Source of the DNA: an uncultured Candidatus Rokubacteria bacterium
GTDB taxonomy: Bacteria > Methylomirabilota > Methylomirabilia > Rokubacteriales > CSP1-6
Reading direction: 5' to 3'
DNA length: 64,000 bases
Assembly: GCA_963747235.1 (NCBI GenBank)
Contig: CAVVEU010000013.1
Coordinates: 160,001 to 224,000, forward strand
A model generated the notes under the pieces. That model did no database searches and was not told the origin of the DNA. It was given only the letters and a program-made list of their open reading frames with translations. The stretch's first letter is position 1, and each line of letters begins with the position of its first letter. The position numbers were made by a program, and so were the translations under genes. Positions 22,220 through 31,803 of the stretch are shown here, piece by piece.

Positions 22220-24352
22220 AGGGTCTCCTTGTCGATGGCTTCGATGATGGTGCCTTCACTCAGGATCTGCGGGAGTACGCACGGGCTCGGGCGCGGCCGT
22301 GCGGCCGGCCCCGCGACGGATAGACGACGTAGAGGGGAACCCCGCTGCGACCGAAGGACCCGAGCACCGAGGCGATCTCCGCGCTGCGGCTGGTCCAGTC
22401 GGCCTTGAGGTACACCACGCCCTTGCGGGCGAAGGCCTCGGCCACCGCGGGCCCACGCAGGGCCACGCGCTCGTTCACGAGACACGTGATGCACCAGGCC
22501 GCGGTGAAGTTCACGAACACGGGCTTGCCCTGCGCGCGCAGCTCGGCGAGCCGGCGCGGCGAGTAGGGCTCCCACGCCGCGCCCACCGGCGCGGCCGTGC
22601 GGTGGACGGTGACGGCGGGCTCGCCGCGGCGAGCGGGGCGAGGGCGATCGCCGCCGCGGCGCTGACGAGGGCGACGCCGGTGGCGGCGCGGCGCCAGCGC
22701 GGGGCGGCGCCGCGGGCGGCGTGATGCAGCCACGCGCCGAACGCGATCAGCAGCAGGCCCACCAGCACGAGGGCCACGCCGTCGGGCCCGGCCTGGCGGC
22801 TCACCACCCAGACCAGCCACGCGACCGAGGCGTAGAGCGGGAACGCGAGCGCCTGCGAGAGCCGCGTCATCCACGGGCCCGGGCGCGGCAGGAGCCGGCG
22901 CCACGCCGGGACCAGGCTCAGCGCGAGGAAGGGCAGGGCCAGGCCGAGGCCCAGCGCCTCGAACACCGCGAGCGCGGCGGCCGGCGGCTGGGTCAGCGCG
23001 TAGCCCACCGCCGCGCCCATGAAGGGCGCCGTGCACGGCGTGGCGGCCACGGTGGCGAGGGCGCCGGTGAAGAAGGAGCCCGTATACCCGGGCCGGGCGG
23101 CGAGCCCGTGGCCCACGCCGGTGAGGCGCCCGCCGATGACCAGGTACCCGGAGAGGCTGAGACCCAGGGCGAAGAGCACATAGGCCAGGGCGGTGACGAC
23201 CAGCGGCGACTGGAGCTGGAAGCCCCAGCCGATCTGGGCGCCGCCCGCGCGCAGGGCGAGGAGCCCGCCTGCCAGCGCCGCGAAGCAGATCAGCACGCCG
23301 GCGGTATAGGCGAGGCCATGCCGGCGCACGGTTCCGGGGGAGTCCTCAGCCTGGCCGACGAGGGCGAGAGCCTTTATGGAAAGGACAGGTAGCACGCACG
23401 GCATGAGGTTCAGGATCAGGCCGCCCGCCAGGGCCAGCCCCATCGCGGCCAGGAGAGACAGCGACGGCCCCGTGGCGCCGTTCGTCGCCACCGCGTTGAT
23501 GGCGAAGGCCTGGCTGACCAGGCCCTGGTCGAGCCTCTCGCGGATCACCAGGACGCCGTCCAGGTCGGAGGCGGGGCCCTCGGGCAGGAGCCCGCGCGCC
23601 GCGCGCAGCGTGATCCCGTCCCGGCCGATGGTCACGTCCTGGACGGCCGCGTGGTCCATCACGCCCCAGCGGCCCGGGAAGAACACGACCTCGGCGATGC
23701 GACTGGGCTCGAGCCCCGGGGCGGCCACCGACACCGTCACCGTCTCGGGCGTCGCGCGCAGCGAGGCGGGCCACGGGCTCGGGCCGGGCACCGCGCGCCG
23801 GGTCTGCTCGATCACGGCGGCCCCGGCGCCCGGGGCGGGCTTGCCCGCGGCCACCGGGAGCGTGAGGGTCACGTCCGCTTCTTCCGGAATGCAGATCTTC
23901 TCGCAGACGAGCCACGCGGCGTGGCCGCGCAGGGTGACCGGTGTGCCCGTGGGCAGCCCGGCGGGCGCGGTCAGGCGCGTGAGGAGCACGACCTCCGTGG
24001 TGTAGCCGAAGCTCATCAGCGGGCCGACCGGCATGCGCTCGGGCTGCGGGAAGACGAGCGGCCCGGCTTCCCAGCCCGCGGGCAGCGCCCAGTCCATGGT
24101 GGGCGGCTCGCCGGAATCGCCCGGGTTGGTCCAGTACGTGTGCCAGCCGGGGGCGATGCGCTGGCGGAGGCCCACCCAGAAGGACGCGCCCGGCTCGATC
24201 GACGCGGTCTCGCTGAGCAGGCTGACCGCGACCCTGGGCGGACCGGGCGGGGCGGGCGTCTTGACCGTCGGCGCGCGCGTCGGCTCGGCGGCGAGGCCGG
24301 AGCCGGCCAGCATCCCAATCAGCAGCGCGGCGGCGAGAACCCGGATCGCCAT
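22216..24352 (-). CDS. Protein-disulfide reductase DsbD/ScsB family; frameshifts near C-terminus
   Basis: GWHTYWTNPGDSG, LVCEKICIP, LNLMPCVLPVL, ATPCTAPFM, NFTAAWCITCLVNE. Confidence 0.85.
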
Positions 24353-24363
24353 CGCGACCGGAC

Positions 24364-24825
24364 CTAGGGGCGAGGCTTCACCTTCTCGAAGAGCGCCAGG
24401 TACTTGCCGTACCCCTCCGCTTCGAGCTTGGCGACGGGGATGAACCGCAGCGCCGCGGAGTTGATGCAGTAGCGCAGGCCGGTCGTGGCCGGGCCGTCGG
24501 GGAAGAGGTGCCCGAGGTGGGAATCGCCCTCCGCGGAGCGGACCTCGACGCGGCGCATGCCGTGAGAATCGTCGCCATGCTCCTTGACGGTCTCGGTCTC
24601 GAGCGGCCGATCGAAGCTCGGCCAGCCGGTACCGGAATCGAACTTGTGCAGCGACGAGAAGAGCGGCTCGCCCGTCACCACGTCCACGTAGATGCCCGCC
24701 TCGTGATGGTTCCAGAACTCGTTCCGGAACGGCGGCTCCGTGGCGCTGCACTGGGTAACGTTGTATTGTTCCGGGGTCAAACGGCTCTTCAGATCGGCGT
24801 CGGTCGGGCGCTTTGTGGTGGCCAT
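24364..24825 (-). CDS. msrB: Peptide-methionine (R)-S-oxide reductase MsrB
   Basis: [32 protein letters not shown]; lacks the zinc CxxC pairs. Confidence 0.95.
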   Translation of the reverse strand: MATTKRPTDADLKSRLTPEQYNVTQCSATEPPFRNEFWNHHEAGIYVDVVTGEPLFSSLHKFDSGTGWPSFDRPLETETVKEHGDDSHGMRRVEVRSAEGDSHLGHLFPDGPATTGLRYCINSAALRFIPVAKLEAEGYGKYLALFEKVKPRP

Positions 24826-24858
24826 GGCACCAGTGAGTATAACCCCGGGAGGCAAGTC

Positions 24859-25750
24859 ATGAGTGACGAGATCAGCATCCAGTTCACCCGCTTCTCCGCG
24901 TTCTACTCCCCGCTGATCGCGACGATCGCGGGCGGCTTCCTCCAGCAGGAGGGGTTCGCGCCCAGGCATTCCATCGCGCCGCTGGGCAAGTCGGCCATCG
25001 ACGGGGTCGTGGCCGGCACCGTGCACGTGTGCCAGTCCGCCCCGTCCCAGGGTTTCGGGCCGCTCGAGAAGGGCCAGGCCCCGCCCGCGGTGCACTTCGC
25101 CCAGATCAACGAGATGGACGGCTTCTTCCTGACCGGCCGGGCCCCGGACGCCGGGTTCTCCTGGGACAAGTTGAAGGGCAAGCGTGTACTGGTGGACCAC
25201 GGCGGCCAGCCGATGGCCATGTTCAAGTACGCCTGCCACAAGAGCGGGCTCGACTTCGCGAGCATCGTGGCCGTGAACGTGCCGAGCGACCAGATGGACG
25301 CGGCCTTCCGGAAGGGCGAGGGCGACTACATCCACCAGCAGGGGCCCGCGCCCCAGCAGCTCGAGCACGACCGCGTCGGCCACGTCGTCGCCTCGGTCGG
25401 CCGGGCCATCGGGCCGGTGGCCTTCTCGAGCCTGGCCGCGACGCGCGCGTGGCTCGGCACCGACATGGCCCGGCGCTTCATGCGGGCCTACGGCAAGGCG
25501 CGCGCCTGGCTGCTGGCCACGCCGGCGGCCGAGGTCGCGAAGGCGGAGGCCTCGTTCTTCCCCGAGATCGACCCGGCGGTGCTCGCCGCGACGATCGGCT
25601 ACTACCAGAAGCTCGGCTGCTGGACGCCGCACGTCGAGATCACCCGGCCCGCGTTCGAGGTCGCGCTGGACGTGTTCCAGCACTCCAAGCTGATCACGCA
25701 GGCGGCATCGCTACGAGGACGTGATCGCGGCCCCGCCCATTGCGGGCTGA
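24859..25750 (+). CDS. NMT1/THI5-like substrate-binding-fold protein (frameshift near 3' end)
   Basis: [36 protein letters not shown]; no obvious signal peptide. Confidence 0.65.
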
Positions 25751-25754
25751 CCGG

Positions 25755-26741
25755 TTGATCTCGCGCCGGGCCTTCCTCGCGGCGTCGGCGGGAGGCCTGC
25801 TCTCGGCGCCGCTCGCGGCGGGGGCGCAGCCGGCCGGGAAGCTTCACCGGATCGGGTTCCTCGGCAACTCCACCGCGGCGCTCGAGGTCAATCTCGTGGG
25901 GCCGTTTCGCGACGGGCTGCGCGAGCTCGGCTACGTCGAGGGCCGTGATGTGGCGATCGAGTATCGCTGGGCGGAAGGCCAGTACGAGCGGTTCCCCGCG
26001 CTGGTCGCGGAGCTGATCGCGGCCAAGGTGGACGTGCTCGTCACCGCGGGCACGCCCGCCGCGCTGGCGGTGAAGCGCGCGACCACGACCATCCCGCTGG
26101 TCATGGTGGCGGTCGGCGATCCGATCGGGACCGGTCTGGTCAAGAGCCTGGCCCGGCCCGGAGGCAACCTCACCGGGCTGGTGTCGATCGCGCCGGACCT
26201 GGAAGGGAAGCGTCTGGAGCTGCTCACGGAGATCGTGCCGAAGCTCTCCTCCGTGGCGTTCCTCTCCAATCCCGCCAACCCGTTCCACGCGACCTCGGAG
26301 AAGCAGGCGCGCGCGGCGGCCAGGACCCTCCATCTGAAGGTGGAGTTCTTTCCGGTGCGGGCGGAGTCGGAGTTCGACCGCGCGTTCCTGGCGATGGGCG
26401 GCCAGCGGCCGGGCGCGCTCGTGATGCTCGCCGACCGCCTCTTCCTGCATCACCGGACGCGGATCGTGGAGTTCGCCGCGCAGCACCGGCTTCCGACGGT
26501 GTACGCGTACACGGAGCTGGTCGAGGCCGGGGGGTTGATGTCCTTCGGGCCGAGCTATCCCGGCATGCACCGGCGGGCCGCCTACTTCGTGGACCGGATC
26601 CTCAAGGGCGACAAGCCCGCCGACCTCCCCATGGAGCAGCCCTCGAAGTTCGAGCTGCTCATCAATCTCAAGACCGCGCGGGCGCTCGGCCTGGTGATTC
26701 CGCAGCCGGTCCTGCTGCGGGCGGACGACCTGATCCAGTGA
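25755..26741 (+). CDS. ABC transporter substrate-binding protein (ABC_sub_bind type)
   Basis: SRRAFL leader, LRELGYVEG, SLARPGGNLTG, GGLMSFG, GDKPADLPMEQPSKFELLINLKTA. Confidence 0.9.
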   Translation: MISRRAFLAASAGGLLSAPLAAGAQPAGKLHRIGFLGNSTAALEVNLVGPFRDGLRELGYVEGRDVAIEYRWAEGQYERFPALVAELIAAKVDVLVTAGTPAALAVKRATTTIPLVMVAVGDPIGTGLVKSLARPGGNLTGLVSIAPDLEGKRLELLTEIVPKLSSVAFLSNPANPFHATSEKQARAAARTLHLKVEFFPVRAESEFDRAFLAMGGQRPGALVMLADRLFLHHRTRIVEFAAQHRLPTVYAYTELVEAGGLMSFGPSYPGMHRRAAYFVDRILKGDKPADLPMEQPSKFELLINLKTARALGLVIPQPVLLRADDLIQ

Positions 26742-26748
26742 TGCCGGG

Positions 26749-27990
26749 TTACCGTGACCCGGTCGGGAGCTGATCGAAGGGCAGATCGCGGTCCACGCGC
26801 ACGTCCTGGGGCAGGCCGAGCACGCGCTCCGCGATGATGTTGCGCAGGATCTCGTCGGTGCCCGCCGCGATGCGGCCGCCCGGCGTCGAGAGCAGCGATT
26901 CCTGGAAGGCCGCGCGCAGCGGCGCCACGTCCTTGTCCATGATCACGCCGCCCATGTCCAGGAGATCCATCGCGAACGAGGCGATCTCCTGCGCCTTGGG
27001 CGCGTTGACGAGCTTGCCGATGGAGTTCTCGGGCCCCGGCGTCTCCCCGCGCGAGAGCGCGGTCATGGTGCGGAAGCGGGTGAGGCGCACGCCCTGCGTC
27101 TTCACGTAGAGATCGGCCAGCCGCTCGCGCACCGCCGCGTTGGCGATGGCGGGGCCGTCCTCGAGCTGGGTCGCGCGGGCGAGGCCGAAGATCTCCTCGA
27201 AGTCGGGGCCGCGCAGGTCGCCGGAGGTGAGCCGCTCGTTCATGAGCGTGGTGATGGCCACGCCCCAGCCCGCGCCGACCGCGCCGAGGCGCTGGGTGTC
27301 GGGGATGCGCACGTCGGTGAAGTAGACCTCGTTGAAGTGCGACGCGCCCGAGATCTGCTTGATCCGGCGGGTCTCGATGCCCGGCGACTTCATGGACAGG
27401 AAGAAGAAGCTGAGGCCCTTGTGCTTGGCCGTCTTGGGATCGCTGCGCGCGACCAGGATCGCCCAGTCGGCCCAGTGCGCGCCCGAGGTCCAGATCTTCT
27501 GGCCGTTGATCACCCAGTCGTCGCCGTCGCGCTGGGCGCGGGTGCGGAGGCCGGCCAGGTCGGAGCCGGCGCCCGGCTCGGAGAAGAGCTGGCACCAGAC
27601 TTCGTCGCCGCGGAGCGCGGCGGGCGCATAACGACGCTTCTGATCATCATTGGCGTAGGCGAAGAGGGTCGGCATGCACATGCCGAGGCCGATCTCGAAG
27701 TAGCCGCGCGGGACCAGGAAGCGCGATTCCTCCTGCGAATAGATCACCTGGTAGATCGGGGGCAGGGCGCGCCCGCCCCACTCGGCGGGCCAGTGCAGCG
27801 CCGCGAACCCGGCCTCCGCCTTGCTGCGCTGGAAGGCCTGCGCGCGCTCGAGCCCGTCCCAGCCCTCGCGACCCGGGTAGCGGCTCTGCCAGGTCTCGAA
27901 GGCGCCGCGCTTGGGCTCGGCGTGGGCGCCGAGCCACTGCCGCACCTCCGCGCGAAACGCCGCTTCTTCCCGCGTGTCGTCGAAGTCCAC
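26749..27990 (-). CDS. Acyl-CoA dehydrogenase
   Basis: WCQLFSEPGAGSDLA, NGQKIWTS, IAAGTDEILRNIIAERVLGLP. Confidence 0.9.
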   Translation of the reverse strand: MDFDDTREEAAFRAEVRQWLGAHAEPKRGAFETWQSRYPGREGWDGLERAQAFQRSKAEAGFAALHWPAEWGGRALPPIYQVIYSQEESRFLVPRGYFEIGLGMCMPTLFAYANDDQKRRYAPAALRGDEVWCQLFSEPGAGSDLAGLRTRAQRDGDDWVINGQKIWTSGAHWADWAILVARSDPKTAKHKGLSFFFLSMKSPGIETRRIKQISGASHFNEVYFTDVRIPDTQRLGAVGAGWGVAITTLMNERLTSGDLRGPDFEEIFGLARATQLEDGPAIANAAVRERLADLYVKTQGVRLTRFRTMTALSRGETPGPENSIGKLVNAPKAQEIASFAMDLLDMGGVIMDKDVAPLRAAFQESLLSTPGGRIAAGTDEILRNIIAERVLGLPQDVRVDRDLPFDQLPTGSR

Positions 27991-27999
27991 GGTGCGCTC

Positions 28000-29112
28000 C
28001 TACGCCGCCCCGGCTTCGAGCCGGGTGACGAGCAGATCCTTCCAGCGACGGGCGCTGCCCAGCATGAGGCCGGTGAGCTTGGCGCGCCGGTAGTGGAGGT
28101 GGCAGTCGAACTCCCAGGTGAAGCCCATGCCGCCGTGGACCTGGATGTTCTCCTTGGCCGCCTGGTAGTAGGCCTCGCTCGCGGCCACCCGCGCCGTCGC
28201 CGCCGCGACGCCCAGCTCGGGCGCGTCCTTCGAGAGCGCCCAGGCGCCGTAGTAGGCGTTCGACCGCGCGAGCTCGATGCCCACGTACATGTCGGCCAGC
28301 TTGTGCTTGATGGCCTGGAACGAGGCGATCTGCCGCCCGAAGGCGAAGCGGCCGAGCGCGTACTCGCGCGCCATGTCGAGCGCGGCCTGCGCGCCGCCGA
28401 TCTGCTCGAAGGCCACGAGCACCGCCGCGCGGTCCAGCAGCCGCTCCACCAGCGGCCAGCCCTGGCCGGGCGCGCCCAGGGGCTCGGCCGCCGCGCTCTC
28501 GAGCACGAGGCGCGCGTGCGAGCGGGTCGGGTCCACGGTGGCGAGGCTCGTGCGCGTGACGCCGGGGCCGGTGAGGTCCACCAGATAGAGGCTGGCGCTG
28601 TTAGCGCCCTGCGCGGCGAGGACGATCGCGAAGTCGGCCACGTCGCCGTCCATCACCGGGACCTTCGCGCCGGTGAGGCGGGCGCCGTCGGCGCGCGTCG
28701 CCAGGTTGGCCGGCGTCGTCACCCGCGGGCCCTCCGAGAGCGCGAGGCAGCCGATCGCCTCGCCCTGCGCGATGCGGGGCAGCCAGCGCTTCTTCTGCGC
28801 GTCGCTGCCCGCGATGCGCAGGGCCTCGGCGGCCAGGTAGATCGTGGAGGCGAACGGGGTGGGGGCCAGGCTCCGGCCCAGCTCCTCCGCGATCACGCAG
28901 AGCTCGAGATAGCCGAAGCCGGCGCCGCCGTGCGTCTCGGGAATGGCGGTGCCCATCCAGCCCATCTCGCCCATGCCCTTCCAGAGGTCGGCATCATAGG
29001 GCGCGGCGCCCTCCAGGATGCGGCGGACGCGGGTCGAGGAGGCGTGCTCGCCGAGGAACTTGCGCGCCTGCTCCCGGAGCGATTTCTGGTCGGCCGAGAA
29101 GTCGAAGTTCAT
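28000..29112 (-). CDS. Acyl-CoA dehydrogenase (probable partner subunit of a heteromeric pair)
   Basis: EELGRSLAP, FGRQIASFQAIKH, IQVHGGMGFTWE. Confidence 0.9.
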   Translation of the reverse strand: MNFDFSADQKSLREQARKFLGEHASSTRVRRILEGAAPYDADLWKGMGEMGWMGTAIPETHGGAGFGYLELCVIAEELGRSLAPTPFASTIYLAAEALRIAGSDAQKKRWLPRIAQGEAIGCLALSEGPRVTTPANLATRADGARLTGAKVPVMDGDVADFAIVLAAQGANSASLYLVDLTGPGVTRTSLATVDPTRSHARLVLESAAAEPLGAPGQGWPLVERLLDRAAVLVAFEQIGGAQAALDMAREYALGRFAFGRQIASFQAIKHKLADMYVGIELARSNAYYGAWALSKDAPELGVAAATARVAASEAYYQAAKENIQVHGGMGFTWEFDCHLHYRRAKLTGLMLGSARRWKDLLVTRLEAGAA

Positions 29113-29182
29113 GGCGGGAGGATCATACCAAAGGCGCTTGCGTTCAGTACTGCGTCTCTTACAGAATCGCCCCTCACCTGAA

Positions 29183-29217
29183 CCCCTCACCCTGCCCTCT
29201 CCCCTGAGGGGAGAGGG
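29183..29217. repeat. BoxC-like intergenic palindromic element
   Basis: CCCCTCACCCTG-CCCTCTCCCC-TGA-GGGGAGAGGG: 10-bp perfect stem with a pyrimidine-rich 5' tail; partial copy CCCCTCACC just upstream. Confidence 0.6.
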
Positions 29218-29237
29218 AGATGCCAACGGAGGCGGAC

Positions 29238-30332
29238 ATGCGGGCGACGGCGGCGGTGCTCTACGAGGTCCGGAAGCCGGTGGTGGTGGAGGACGTGGAG
29301 GTGATGGACCCGGGACCGCACGAGGTGCTCGTGCGCTGGGCGGCCAACGGCGTCTGCCACAGCGACCTGCACGTGATCACCGGGGACTATCCCCATCCGC
29401 TGCCGGTGGTGCTGGGCCACGAGGCGGCCGGAGTGGTGGAGAAGATCGGGCCGGGGGTCGAGACGGTGAAGGCGGGCGATCACGTCTGCTCGAGCTATAT
29501 CCCGTCGTGCGGGCGGTGCGCGTACTGCATCGGCGGGCAGCCCACGATGTGCGCGCTGCGCGACAAGCCGCGCTGGTTCATGCACGACGGCACCTCCCGC
29601 ATTCACCGCAACGGCCAGCCCCTCCATCATTTCCTGCAGGTCGCGGGCTACGCGACCCACGCGGTGCTGCCCGAGCCGAGCGTGATCCCGATCCGCGCCG
29701 ACGCGCCGCTGGACGTCGTGTGCCTGGTGAGCTGCGGTGTGCTCGCGGGCGCGGGGCCCGTGTTCAACCGGGCCAAGGTGCCGCCGGGCGCCAGCGTGGC
29801 GGTGTGGGGCTGCGGCGGGGTCGGGCTGAACACGATCCAGGCCGCGCGCATGCTGGGCGCGGGCAAGATCATCGCGGTGGACGTGATGCGCCAGAAGCTG
29901 GCCTGGGCCGAGGAGTTCGGCGCCACGCACGTGGTGGACGCCTCCAGGGAGGATCCGGTGGCCGCGGTCCAGAAGCTCTCCGGCACCGGCGGCGTGGACT
30001 TCACCTTCGAGGTGGTGGGCACCCAGAAGACCATCGAGCAGGCGGTGCTGGCCACCCATCGCGGCGGCACGTGCGTGATCGTGGGCGTCTCGCCCGCGGG
30101 CACGCGCCTCTCGCTCGACCCGGGGCTCTTCGTGCAGCAGCGGGTGCTCACCGGCTCGTCCTTCGGGGGCGGGCACCAGCGCACCGACGTGCCGATGCTC
30201 ATCGACCTCTACATGTCGGGCAAGTACAAGCTCGACGAGCTGATCAGCCGCCGCTTGCCGCTCTCCGAGCTCAACGAAGGCTTCGACCTCATGCTGCAGG
30301 GCGAGGTCAAGCGCAGTGTGATCGTCTACTAG
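29238..30332 (+). CDS. Zn-dependent alcohol dehydrogenase (class III-like MDR)
   Basis: GVCHSD, GHEAAG, CGRCAYC..GQPTMC, GCGGVG. Confidence 0.9.
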   Translation: MRATAAVLYEVRKPVVVEDVEVMDPGPHEVLVRWAANGVCHSDLHVITGDYPHPLPVVLGHEAAGVVEKIGPGVETVKAGDHVCSSYIPSCGRCAYCIGGQPTMCALRDKPRWFMHDGTSRIHRNGQPLHHFLQVAGYATHAVLPEPSVIPIRADAPLDVVCLVSCGVLAGAGPVFNRAKVPPGASVAVWGCGGVGLNTIQAARMLGAGKIIAVDVMRQKLAWAEEFGATHVVDASREDPVAAVQKLSGTGGVDFTFEVVGTQKTIEQAVLATHRGGTCVIVGVSPAGTRLSLDPGLFVQQRVLTGSSFGGGHQRTDVPMLIDLYMSGKYKLDELISRRLPLSELNEGFDLMLQGEVKRSVIVY

Positions 30333-31759
30333 CGGGGATCGATCGGGGTCGCCATCGGGGCGCGGGCCTCGATGGCGGCCGCGGCTTCGAGGCAGAGGTC
30401 TTCGCGGAAGCGGCCGGCGGTGATCTGCACGCCGGTCGGGAGGCCGTCCGCGACGCCGGTGGGCACCGACACCGCGGGCAGCCCCAGCACCGGCACCACG
30501 AGCTGCATGATCTGGGCGCTCATGATCCGCCGCGTGGTGTCCGCGTCCACCAGATCCAGGTTGACCGGGAACGCGGGCTCGTTGGAGGTCGGGGTCACCA
30601 CGAGCGGGCGGTCCTCCAGGAAGAGCTCCCAGAGGCGTAGCAGCCGATCGCGCTGCGCCAGGCCGTCGAGCACCTGGCGCACGTCGCGGGGCGGGTGTAC
30701 CGCGCGCCAGAGGCCGAGCGCCCGCTTGATCCCGTCGTCGCCGTAGGTCGCCGCGGCCGGCTCCAGCGCCGCGATCGTGTCCTCCATGGCGATGGCGGCC
30801 CAGAGATCGGCCACCGCGCCGAGCTCGGGCGGCTCGACTTCCTCGACCGCGTAGCCCGCGTCCTCGAGCCAGCGCCCGGCCTGTCGCACGGCGGCGGCCA
30901 CCGCGGGCGCGACGCCGCCGCGGCCGGCCGGATCCGCCACCAGCGCCACGCGCAGGGGCCGCTTCACCGGCGGGCCTTCGAGCGGCACGTCGGCGCAGCG
31001 CGGATCATTGGGATCGGGCACCGCCATCGCGGCAAAGGCCACCCGCGCGTCGCGCACGCGCCGGGTGAGCGGGCCCTGCACGGCCATGAGCTGGGCCGAG
31101 ATCGGCCGCGGCACGGAGGCGGTGAAGTTGTACGAGGGAATGCGGCCGTAGCTCACGCGCAGGCCGATCAGCCCGCAACAGTAGGCCGGGTAGCGCACCG
31201 AGCCCGCGATGTCGTTGCCGTGGCCGATCGCCCCGATGCCGCTCGCGGTGGCCGCGGCGGCGCCCCCGCTCGAGCCGCCCGGCGTGCGCGCGCGATCCCA
31301 CGGGTTCAGGGTCGCGCCGTGCAGCGCGTTGTCGGTGAACCAGCGCATCGAGAAGGCGGGCGCGTTGGTGCGGCCGATCACGATGGCGCCGGCCCGGCGC
31401 AGGTTGGCCACCACCGGGTTGTCGCGCGTGGCGACCAGATCCTTGAAGGCGACCACGCCGTTGTCGGTGGGGCAGCCGGCCTGGTCCACGTTGACCTTGG
31501 TGGTGATCGGCACGCCGTGGAGCGGCCCGACCGCCGCGCCGCGAACCAGGGCCTCGTCGGCGGCCGCCGCCTCGGCAAGCGCGGTCTCATGGAGCGGGCG
31601 CACCACCGCGTTGATCCGCGGGTTCACCGCGTCGAGCCGGGCGAGCGCGGCGGTCACCACCTCACGGCAGGAGACGTCCCGGCGACGGAGCATCTCCGCC
31701 AGCTCGACGGCGTCGAGGCGCCAGAGCTCGGCGGCTATGGGGCGTGCGCACCAGAGCAC
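30329..31759 (-). CDS. Amidase signature family protein (start uncertain)
   Basis: LHGVPITTK, GGSSGG, GNDIAGSVRYPA. Confidence 0.9.
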   Translation of the reverse strand: MLWCARPIAAELWRLDAVELAEMLRRRDVSCREVVTAALARLDAVNPRINAVVRPLHETALAEAAAADEALVRGAAVGPLHGVPITTKVNVDQAGCPTDNGVVAFKDLVATRDNPVVANLRRAGAIVIGRTNAPAFSMRWFTDNALHGATLNPWDRARTPGGSSGGAAAATASGIGAIGHGNDIAGSVRYPAYCCGLIGLRVSYGRIPSYNFTASVPRPISAQLMAVQGPLTRRVRDARVAFAAMAVPDPNDPRCADVPLEGPPVKRPLRVALVADPAGRGGVAPAVAAAVRQAGRWLEDAGYAVEEVEPPELGAVADLWAAIAMEDTIAALEPAAATYGDDGIKRALGLWRAVHPPRDVRQVLDGLAQRDRLLRLWELFLEDRPLVVTPTSNEPAFPVNLDLVDADTTRRIMSAQIMQLVVPVLGLPAVSVPTGVADGLPTGVQITAGRFREDLCLEAAAAIEARAPMATPIDPR

Positions 31760-31803
31760 CTGGAAGCGCCGGAGAGTCGCTCGGCCCGATGCGGCGCGGC
31801 GCG

